Source: Kondoa subrosea (Eukaryota). Taken from it: a stretch of DNA of 64,000 bases. The translations under genes and the position numbers were made by a program. The notes beneath the pieces were generated by a model. It searched no databases. It was not told the origin of the DNA and was given only the letters and a program-made list of their open reading frames with translations. The DNA lies in contig BCIN01000001.1 of the NCBI GenBank assembly GCA_039545335.1, forward strand, positions 2,793,136 through 2,857,135, in the 5' to 3' direction. Each line of letters opens with the position of its first letter. Position 1 is the stretch's first letter. Below, in pieces: positions 26,896 to 37,553 of the stretch.

Positions 26896-29432
26896 CTATC
26901 TACCTTTCCTTCCTTTCTTGCCTTTTGGAGCAGTCTCGATCTTCTTATTGCGGTTTCTATTCTTTACGCTGTAACGAGCAATTAGTAAAGCACGCGGCGG
27001 AATATTCGCTCGCTTACTTGGCATCAGTATAGAAATTGGCGCTCTTTTTCTTGTTCGTTGACATTCGAGCTTCCTTCTTGTTCGGAGAATCAGCTTCATC
27101 GTCAGAAGCCTCATCTTGAGCAAAGCGTGCTGAACACATCCGTCAATGAGCGGAAGTCACCAATAGAGTGACAAAACCTACCCCGTTTGCTCTTGCTCAA
27201 TTTCAGTTCCTTATTTGTAGGCTTTTCTGATTCGAGCACAATCTCAACATCATCTGATTCATCTTCCTGCTCCTCTTCGTTCGAGTCGCCGAAAACTTCA
27301 TCAAACACATCATTCACTTCTTGTTCTAGCTCTTCTTCTGCTTCCTCGTCCGGTCTCGGAGTCTCAAGACCCATGACTTCCTCCCAAGTCAGTACCTCTT
27401 CCTCTTCTTGTGGTTCTGCTTCAGGTTCCGAACCAAATCCAGTCCATTCTTCCTCTGCTTCATCCTCTTCCTGTGCACCATCGACTTCCAGATCATCCGC
27501 AACCACATCTTGATCAGGTACTTCAACAAGGTCCAATTTCTGTTCATCGTCGGCCAAGAACTTATTCCGGTGAACAATTTGATGCAAAGGTTGTTGAACA
27601 CCTTTAACTTGAGCAGTCTTTTCCAATTCGAAACCTTCTTTCGCCAGTGCTTTAGCAGCTGCAGGTGTTGGTTTTTCAGAAGCTGGTAGATCAGGTGGTC
27701 GAACAAAGAAAGGTATTTTCCCGCGAATCCAGTCCTGTTCAAAAATCTAAGCTTTATACACAGAGCATAGAGAGGAGCAACGAGCATTGAGGATCATCTT
27801 AGCTACGCCTGCTAAGTCAGGATCACCACCTCTCCCTAATCTTCCAGCTCGTTTCGCTATTTGGGTAAGAAAATCGTCTGAATCAGTCCATGATTCGATA
27901 TTGTACGTTCTACGTCTGTGTATTTGGTTCTTTCGCATAAGATAAAGCTTGACACGACAGAACTTTTACACACAGGTATTCTGGTCTCACTCTTGCCAGA
28001 AGAGGAGCAATGTGATCTGCTGGAGCAGAAAGATGTTCCACTCGAACAACTCCTTTAAGGACTTTGGCCGTTTCCCCATCTTTCGCTGAAGGTGGAACGA
28101 TACCAGGACAATCGATAAGCTGTACATGCCCAAGTGTTCTAGATCAGCGTAAGCTGAAAATTAGGTCTCTCGAACACGCACGAAAATCCTTCTCATCAAT
28201 GTAATGTATTGCCAAATTTTGGTCTCTCCCGGTATAGGTGCAACATTGCAGACCTTCTTCTTCTTGAGTGTATTGATAATGGAAGATTTGCCAACGTTGG
28301 GATAGCCGACGAACCCGATACAAATTTGTTTCTTATCCGAGAACAAAGCAGAGAATTGCCTCAAGAGTTGAATAAGAGACCCTTTACCGAAAGAGTTGTT
28401 GATCGAAGCATGGAAAGCGATTGTCGGATGTTGTTTCGACAATATCTTGACCCATCGAGCAGCAACCCAACCAGGAACCAAATCGACCTTGTTGAGGATA
28501 TAAACGACTTTCTTTCCCCTCTTCTCTTTTGCTAGATATTTCTCAACAGAATCACATCTTGTACCTATCGGGTCCCTAGCATCCAGAACATGCAGGATCA
28601 CATCGGAGGAATCAATGACTTTGTAAAGTTCTCCCCAAATACGTTTTGAAGTACCAGCAGACAAGATATAATCAGCAGGTCGATCTTTGTTCTCTAGTTC
28701 AGCAGCTTCAGCAGCCAAATAAGCTTTTTCCTCCAATGCAAAAGTATCTTCAGGAATCGTTTCTTCAACAGGTAAGATTTCTAATCCATCATCCAAAGCC
28801 TTCTCTTTTCCTTTTGCTGAAGAAGAAGAAGGACCAGCAAGAAGTTCTTCGAATGATGCAGCATCGATCCTAGGTTTCTTCCGTTGAGCTTTAGGACCGA
28901 AAGTATCTGAGAATGGTTCTGCTGTAGTCAAGTTTGGTTTGGCGTTGGTAGAAGAGACTTCGAGTAAAGACATAGGAAGCTTGTTTTGCTTGAGAACGAC
29001 TGAATAAGGATCAGCTTGACGGTTAGCAAGCGAATCTCTGAAATGCGTTAGTGCGTTTTCTGTGCCGCCACAACTGTCACTCAGCATTTGAACATGCTAA
29101 AACGACGAAAGACGCACGGGAGATGACACGAGTGTTACCAAACCATCTTCGGTCAGGTTGAACTCGACCTGGAACGGCTTCTCTAGATTGATAAGGAGCA
29201 GCTTTAAGGATCTTCCCATCTTTATCTCTAACAGCTTTATGCCCAGTCGCCATCATCTTGACTCGTTTGGCACCCTTTGCATCTCGATAGAAATTTTGAC
29301 CTGCCCAATCATACTTAGCTGAGAATAGATTCAAAATTGAAGAGACTAACCCTTGACATGTTGAGACGTCTGGGAGTGCGATGTAGCTGTCTTGCCAGAC
29401 CTGGTCTTGGTAGGAGCAGAAGTGATGGCCAT
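26896..29432 (-). CDS. NOG2: Nucleolar GTP-binding protein 2 (60S biogenesis GTPase)
   Basis: NGP1NT motifs NFYRDAK and PDRRWFGNTRVIS; GTPase motifs RIWGELYKVIDSSDV, GYPNVGKSSIINTL, IDCPG; acidic C-terminal region. Confidence 0.96.
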
Positions 29433-29816
29433 CTTGGTGCTTCAATGCGCTTGATCAGACCTAGAGAGACTGTGTGGAAGTGACGACAATAAGCTACTGC
29501 ACCGATTGAAATCGCTTCAGCCAGATCACAGCAGCCAGGAGCAGGGTGCAATCTGGACAGCAATTGCAGTTTCGAGCCAATTGAAGATGGATTATCGGAC
29601 AGGCTTGCTGGCCAGGCAAATGAAGAGAGCAGATCGAATGGCAGACAACGTACACGAGCGAGGCGAGAGCTACGAGAAGAGCTGGAAAGGTGTCGAAAAA
29701 AGACTTTGAAAAACGAGGTTTGGATTCGAAAGGCACGTGCCAATTTGTAGCTTTTATGAATGACAAATCCCAAAGGCTGACGTGCCCTTGCATCTCCTTC
29801 ACCCCGACCCAAAGCC

Positions 29817-30820
29817 ATGACTATGTTCGCCAATCAGCTGCCTGGACAGACATGGGGCCTTGGAACCTCATCCACTTCGTCGCTTTACGCTTCAAGCTCT
29901 CATTCTGATGGTGGAAGGCAGCACACTCAGTGCGTCCATTCCCCTTAGCCTGCTTCTATAATCGCTTACTAGCGCCTCAAGACAACCAATCACAACGGGT
30001 ACATCAGTCCTAGGCATTAAGTACAACGGAGGCGTCCTCTTAGCAGCAGATACTCTGGCTTCTTATGGCTCTCTAGCCAAGTACGACAACATTTCGCGTT
30101 TGCACAAGATTGGTAGCAAGATCTGTATGGCTGCTGGTGGTGATTTGAGTGATTTCCAGTATTTGCAAGAACTGGTTGATGCAAAGATGTTCGTATGCAC
30201 TTCTTGTATCGCTAGATCTGAGCTAAAAGCTGTGTCTGCGAACAGGAGAGAAGAAGAGATTGCTCAAGATGGTCATTCGCTATCACCACGTCAAGTCTTT
30301 GAGTGGTTAACAAGGATCATGTATGCAAGACGTAGTAAAGTCGATCCTCTGTGGAACACCATTCTGCTCGCAGGCGTAGAGAAGAATGAACCGTACATGT
30401 CTCTCTTGCTTTCTGTTGACCTGTACTGAATATATCGAGCAGTTTCTTAGCTTACGTCGATTTACAAGGAACAACCTTCACTTCACCTTCTCTAGCAACA
30501 GGTTTCGGCGCTCATATAGCTCAACCTATCTTACGTAAAGCTCTAGAAGGCCGACCTCCTTCTCAAATCACTAAAGAAGAAGCAGAAACCGTTCTGATCG
30601 ATTGCATGAAAGTGCTCTTTTATAGAGATGCCAGATCCATCAACAAGTTCCAGATCGCGAACGTGACGGCGGATAGTGTAGAGATTTCGGGACCGAAAGG
30701 TAATAGTTTGTTTATCGATTGTTCGAAGCAATCTCTCATTCGTCCTGTCGTATTGTAGCTGCTGAGACGGAATGGAAGTTCGCAGAATCACTACGGGGCT
30801 ATGGGCCACAAAAACAATGA
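29817..30820 (+). CDS. PRE4: 20S proteasome subunit beta type-7 (PSMB4 orthologue)
   Basis: QPITTGTSVLGIKY..GVLLAADTLASYGSLA, MYARRSKVDPLWN, ATGFGAHIAQPILR, VLFYRDARS. Confidence 0.93.
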
Positions 30821-31188
30821 GCTAGTCAAGTGAGCAGAATCAAGGCATCACCCGATCTGACTTCTAATCGTAAGCGTAGTGATCTTGTACTTTAGCTCAG
30901 CGTTTATGCATATGACAAGCGTTTGCGAAGCTACAATGCCCTTTCTCTACTACCAAGACTCATCTTAAATGGATCTGTGTGCATGCTGCTGTTTTCCGAT
31001 TTTTTAACTCGGCTCTTGATCTTGCTCTGATCTTGTTCCCTCCCACCAAGTGAGAATTCGTTCAATGTCTCTGCCAGTCTCATCGGCTACCGATATCTTT
31101 TGCGCGCAAAAGCAGAATGGCAATATCGCGTCGAATATAATGCTATGCAATGCAAAGTCTCGTTCTAAGCCCGACTGCTGCTCCTGCC

Positions 31189-32863
31189 CTATGTACGAGA
31201 TTGCGCGCCCAATTGCACTCCAACTACATTAACCTCGATTGGTCCTTCTATCTCGATCGGGTGAGCAATATCAATAGGTTCAGCAAGATCAATAGGCCCT
31301 TCGATTTCGATGGTGTTGAGAACTTCGACTTGACCATTGATATCCACGCTGTCGAATGACTCTATTCAGTCTGTGATTATGAGCTGAAATATATGGCTTA
31401 CGTTCCGTCGATGGAAACGGTTCCATCTATCAATTGCGATCAGCCCATAATCTGTGTCAGCTGTAGGTAAAACCGACCAACTGTGACTGAATCTGTCACA
31501 GTGACATTGAGTGCTTCATCCGCTTGCACTTGAACCGTGTTTGCAACTGAAACCAGTGTAGGAACTGGATTATTCGAAAGCTGGGAGAAGGTAGGATGTG
31601 CGGTGTAGTAAGACGGAGAAGTATATGGGATAGCTCGTAATGCATGTTGAGCAAAGGTGTTGAGTCGAGCATGGACGGGATCGATCAGGTAGGTAGTATT
31701 GTCAGGATTTCTCTTCAAGGTGAAGTAGATTTCCTCAACTGCAGCCCTGACGTAGAACTGTTCGAGTTCTGTGTCTGCAGTATCCGGCAAAGAGCGGCTA
31801 TCGTAAGTGATGTGAGCAAGACACATGGCGACAAAAAGTCGCTAACAAATCGTTCCAAGTTCCGTGAGGCCAGCACGTATCCAGATATTCGTGCTCATAC
31901 TCATCGTCTGTTGTTAACCAGGCCTCAAATTGCCAGGGCGGCAGTGAACGACCATTAATGACTAGCGTTGTTGCCGCACGCCAGTTGAGAATAGTTGGAT
32001 TGACCATTACCCCAAAAGTTGTATAGAATTGTTCCAATATTCCATCATCAAATCGCAGATCGGACAAGTGAGCTGCTTTAATGTACGGTCCTGCATCAGC
32101 CGGACGCATGTAACGCAGAATGCTGCCTTCAATCAGCTGTTTGTCTTGCAATCTTGCTCTGCTCACTTGACATGGACATCACGCGCGCAGACCAGAACCA
32201 AATCGTCGACTTTCGCTTCGTCGACAAAACCAAGAGCTGTGGTACTGATGGTGCCTTGAATCTCTGCATGAAAGAGACTGTTCAATTCCACCGCTCGCCC
32301 AACCTCATCCAGGCACGCCAGTGCAGCTGAAAGAGATGTGCACTTAGAGTGAGGCAGTCAGACATACTTCGCCTACCTATTGTCAATCGCGGAGTAGTCA
32401 GTAGGTTTATGAGACCATTGAGTTGATAGTACTGAGCGTCTTTCAGTAAGTTGGTGTCTAGAAGCGAGACTCTTAGTTCAGCTTAGGTAGAGAACACTGA
32501 ACTAACAGACAGTTTCCATTGTCATCGTGCGTGGCACCATCGCCGGTGATATTGGTAGCACATCATAACCGGAGAGATATCTGCATTTGATCTCGTCAGC
32601 CATGAGAGCAATGCAGAAGTATGGGATGCACTACTCAAGAATCACTTCAAACAGCAAGGGATGCGACCTTAGTTTGATTGTTTTCGATGCAGACTCTGTG
32701 TAAGATTTGTCGAAGAAGCAGGCAGAGAAGTAATTCGGAGCATCAAATTGGATCCTAGCGAAGATAGCATGAGAATTTGGAAGGAAAAAAAGGAGATAAT
32801 AGCAGACTGCTCGGGAGAGAGCGTGAAGCGCGTCGTCCTGCAGAGAACAACGAATCCAGCCAT
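31189..32863 (-). CDS. BTB/POZ-domain protein with C-terminal hexapeptide-repeat tail
   Basis: Spliced N-terminus MAGFVVLCRTTRFTLSPEQ-IQFDAPNYFSACF...FEVILE-YLSGYDVLPI...LLKDAQYYQLNGL matches a fungal BTB pattern. The C-terminal exons encode [VI]x[VI]xxx hexads. Confidence 0.7.
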
Positions 32864-33109
32864 GGCAGCAGAGAGACGAGACTTTGAACATATTGAACGC
32901 TTTGTGATTCACTTATATTACAGAGAAATTACAGCAAGATCAGAGCGGCCAACTTCTGAAGTTCTTCGAAGCAAGTTATTTAGGAAGAGTCTCGAGATCT
33001 TCCGCTAATCATTGCGTGTAAAACGATGAATGCAATTCATGATATATAACAAACGACTGATACTATTACTGGATTTTAAAAATGTCCTTTCTAAGTTAGG
33101 TCGAAGCAC

Positions 33110-33887
33110 CTAATCATTGAAGGTGATGGTGTCAATGACGAGGTAAGGGCAGCCAGTGCTGGTCTTTGCACGGCTGTCTGGCAAGTTAGAGCTGTTCCAT
33201 CCGAATCATTAGTACCGCTTGACAGATCGGTAGTTGGAGAGACTGCTTACACTTCAACATATGAGCTGTTTCCGAACACCAGCCTAGTGTCAGTGTAGGT
33301 GTAGACGGTGCTTCCGTTGCTGGAGTAAGCATCGCCTGCGGGTAAGAGTCAGCAGTTGCAGACCACACAAGGCCGGAAAGTTGTACCTTGATGGCACTCC
33401 ACATCCTGATATTGGGGTCCAAGAACGCAGACTTTGAAGAGACCTCTATCGTACTTGGTGTCAACATTGATGCTGGGGATAGAGTCAGCAAAGCTAAAAT
33501 GCAATGTGCAGACTGTTGACAAACCTGAAAGTGGTAGACAGTTCGGGCACAGCAACTTGCCAACGAGCAGAACAGTTATCAGTGAATTCGATCACTTGAC
33601 CAGCTTTGCCTTTGCCAGCAGTCCACGAGGGTTTGGTTTTGGCTTTCGACGGATGTTAAGTCATAAGCAAGTCGCAGCTCAAGGAACTTACGATCAACCT
33701 CATATGTGACTTGAGGGGAGTCGCTGCAGAACGATATCAGTCATTGCGCGTTTATCATAATACAAAGGACGGGAGCTTACGCGTGATAAACGGTTGGAAT
33801 GTGAGGAGCACGCTTGGGCAGAGCAGCTGCAGAAGCGCTGGAAATAGCCGTTGCCAGGATAGTGACGATGGAGATGACTTGAACCAT
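33110..33887 (-). CDS. Small secreted Cys-containing protein of unknown function, copy A
   Basis: Signal peptide MVQVISIVTILATAISSAFA; LPKR site; TDNCSARWQVAVPELSTTFRF; SINVDTKYDRG; TGCPYLVIDTITFND*. Confidence 0.75.
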
Positions 33888-34640
33888 GGCTGGATTGCTG
33901 TTGAAGTTTCGAGAAGTAGAAGTGATGTGAAAGAGAAAGAGAAGAGAACAATAGTTTTTATATGCCAGAGAAGTACAGCCGCAATGATGATGAATGATCG
34001 TGAATACGCTAGTAGCACAGCGTTCACATGACCAAACCTAGCCTCATTGCCGACTAATGGACAAAAATAGACCTTGCATAGACGACGCGTCCTGCAGAGC
34101 ACGGCGAGCGAGAGACGTGAAGCGATGAGGGATATGACAGAAGGCCGCATAAGACAATGAGATCGAGGAGGATTCTATGCAGTCATCTGGCTTTCTTCTG
34201 GATCGAGGTTGAATGAAATTCGAGATTGTTCAATAACGTCTCTATGGATGAAGAAGCAGATAGTAAGAGGCAATTCACACCGCTGGTCCGCTAAGGACAC
34301 GTAAAGATCTAGCCAGAGTGTATGTAAGCAGCATCTCGGTGCCAAGAATTCGAAGTCTGTTCGATGGCGAAAGCGAGAGTGAGGACACAAGTCCAGCACC
34401 AGAGATGCATTACATGCGCTGTACGGCGCTGACGATTCCAGACTCGTCGGACGTATATATGCTGTTACGAGAAAAGCGGCCTCATCGCAACTCATAAGCA
34501 GCTCTGAGACTTCAGCGAAAAGCCTTGCAATTTCGATAGAGATGACAGATGAATGCAATGCAATGATTATTTACAAACGATCTTATGAATTCACTTCAGT
34601 TTACTACTCAGAATGTCCTCTTCCCTATCATCTAGAGCAC

Positions 34641-35430
34641 TTAGGAGGTGAAGGTGATGGTATCGATGACGAGGTAAGGGCAGCCAGTATCAGTCCTGAC
34701 GCGAGAGTCTTGTAAGTTGGAACTGTTCGAATCAAGTCAGACTGATCAGCACAACTTTCGACAAGCTCGCAAAAGGAAGGCTCACATGGTAATGGTCGAG
34801 GTTTCCTCAAGTACCAAGTCTCCTTTGTAAGTGTAGACAGAAGTACCATCGACAGAATAAGCGTCGCCTGTAAATTAGGAAGCAGATGAGCATGCAATGT
34901 TCAACTGCGAAAGGAGAAAACTCACCTTGCTGACAGTCCCTAGTTCCAGTAACGCAGATTCTGAAAGCACCTCTATCATTCTTGGTATCAACATTGATGC
35001 TGCCAATGAATCGGAAATCAGCAGTGTCACAACGCGCAACCAGAGGATGCTGACGAACCTGAAAGTGGTAGACAATTCGGGAACAGCAACTTGCCAATAA
35101 GCAGAGCAGTTGTCAGTGTATTCGATAGCTTGACCAGCATTGCCTTGACCAGCAGTCCAAGAGGGAGTAGTTTTAGCTGAAAGAGAAACACGAGGTGTGA
35201 GCTGATCGAACTGAACGTGTGTAGAATGACATACGAGCAACATAGTAGGCGACCTCAGGCGAGTTGCTAATCGCCAGAAGCAAGTCAGATGCAGGTCACT
35301 AAAGACTACTGACGAGTACTGACGCGTGGTACACTACCGGTTCATGAGGTGCGCGTTTAGGAATAGAAGCTGCAGAGACGCTCATGACAGCAGCAGAGAT
35401 GAATGTGATGATAGAGATAATCTGAACCAT
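34641..35430 (-). CDS. Small secreted Cys-containing protein of unknown function, copy B (tandem paralog)
   Basis: Signal peptide MVQIISIITFISAAVMSVSA; IPKR site; TDNCSAYWQVAVPELSTTFRF; SINVDTKNDRG; TGCPYLVIDTITFTS*. Confidence 0.75.
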
Positions 35431-35847
35431 GATGAAGATGTCTTGTGTTGAATGAAAATGAGATTGAATTCGAAAATGAGATTGAAGTAAGGTTGATGAG
35501 AAAGAAGAAGAATAAGAGAGTAATCACTTCGTTTTATATGCAAGCGAGGCACTGCCGGGATGATGTCGATAATGCAATTGCCGTCCGACTCTTCGCCTAC
35601 TCTTCGCCTCACAAGTAAAAATAGAAACAATTTCCCATACCCATTCCACAGAGCTTGGGAGAGGCGATGACCAGCATCGCTACAAGGCAGAGAAAGGGAG
35701 AGGAAATAAGAGGCCTGTCTACAGTTTCAAAGAGCTATAAGGAAATTCATGATATGAAGCGGCGAAATTACCTGCAGTCTATGCTTTGATTTTCTGCTCC
35801 CGATCCTCTACCACTTCTTCGCATCGTTACACTGTCGAGGTAAAGAA

Positions 35848-37385
35848 TCATCGCCTCCTTCGATCATCATCGTATCGTCTCGAAGACCCTCTGTCGTCCC
35901 GCCTCGAATCTCTTCCACTATCTCTTCTCGAATCCCTTCTATCGTCTCTTCTGGGACTCCTGCTCCTACTTCTCCTTCTCTTGTTGCTAGAGTGCTTGTC
36001 CTTTTCCGCAAGATCAAAGACCATAGAATGACCATCTCCACGATGCGAAGTTGAAGGCGATCTGGAACGACGACGTGATGGACCTTTGTTCGGTGGTGCT
36101 CTACCTCCACTGAAACATTTAATGAAATTTCAGTCTTGTATCCAATTTTAAGCGGTAATTGGGATTCCACTTACGTTTTGCCAAAGACCCATTGACCATG
36201 AAGATGCGATACACCTGTAAGCGAGTGAAAGATTAGCTAAAACCTTATACTTACACAAGGAGCAAGAAGGACTGACTTTGAGAGAAATCAACATGAATAC
36301 GCCTGTCGTCAATCAAGACATTATCCATCTTGACATAAGCTCTTTCCGCTTCTTCCCTCTTATCAAACTCGATAAAGGCATAATTCAAACTATCACCAGT
36401 TTTTGCATCCCTGATGACTTCACAACTCAAAATAGTACCAAATCTTGAAAAGATGAGTTCTAGATCTTCTGATCTTGTGATTGCGTTGAGTTTACAAACA
36501 AAGAGTACGTTTTCTGGTGGTCGAACATCAGCAAAAGGTAAATCACCAACCATTTCCAAAGTCAGAGCTTGAGCTCGAGCTTCAGCTGCTCTTCTTTTAG
36601 CTTCTTTCTCTTCTTCGTCTGCATTGGGATCTTCTAGTTCTTCTTCATCACCTATTCGTAACGATTTGAGTTGAGCTTTAGTAGGTACTGGTGAATTTGG
36701 TGGAATGACTAAATCAGGTGGATCAGGAAATGGGTCGTCTGTTCGTTTGTGTTAGTGCTGGAAATAAAAGACGCAAGGGAATAATTCCAGACGCACCAAG
36801 TACTATAACATGCCGTATTCTCACATCCCTTAAAGGTCTATAACTTGCATCCACAAACACCTCATTCAATTTCCTTAAAGTCGTTATACTTTCTTCTCCT
36901 ACTATTTTTCCAAAGGGCACATGTTTCCCATCTAAATAATCCATATCTTGTTTCAAAGTGAAGAAGAATTGAGAGCCACAAACTTCATTTGCTACTGCCA
37001 TTGAAAGAGTACCGAAACTTGCATGCCGAAGTTTAGGTAGTTTAAATTCTGGAGTGAAATAAGGGGAAGAAGGGAAATAGGCTGATCCACCTGAACCTGA
37101 ATCTGTTGGATCACCAGTTTGTGCAATGAAGTCTTGCTGAACATTAAAGAAAGAGCACAAGTTGTAGTAATATGTTTTGCAGAGCTGTGGTCACACATGA
37201 TAATAGTCAGCGTGCGTCCAAGTAACCTCGGATGAGAGCTCACCTTTAAGAAATTCTCGCAAGTCTTTGGACAGGCTTCTACTTCGAGATCAACCTATGG
37301 CCTTGCTATGTCAGTATGGGGTGGAGTACGGCCGTGAGCTACTCACGATGAGATCTCCCAGCGAGGTCTCGAACAACACAGACAT
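35848..37385 (-). CDS. PPIL4: Cyclophilin-RRM protein (PPIL4/Cyp59/Rct1 family) with RS/RD-rich tail
   Basis: [86 protein letters not shown]-rich C-terminus. Confidence 0.92.
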
Positions 37386-37553
37386 TGGCGGCTAATTGCC
37401 AACCTGCACACTTGATCCCAAACAACGTACGAAGTCAAAGTCTCAGGATGTCTGTGAAGACAGGCTCAAGGGAGCAATGAGCCTTTGAGCAGCAGACTGC
37501 ATTCACGTTAACGAAGACTTTAACGTGTCGGCTGGCATTAGCAAGCAAGCAAC

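Noticed and set aside
34175..34558. 127-aa ORF between the secreted paralogs
   Set aside because: Non-ATG start, no motif and no convincing splice structure. Probably intergenic.
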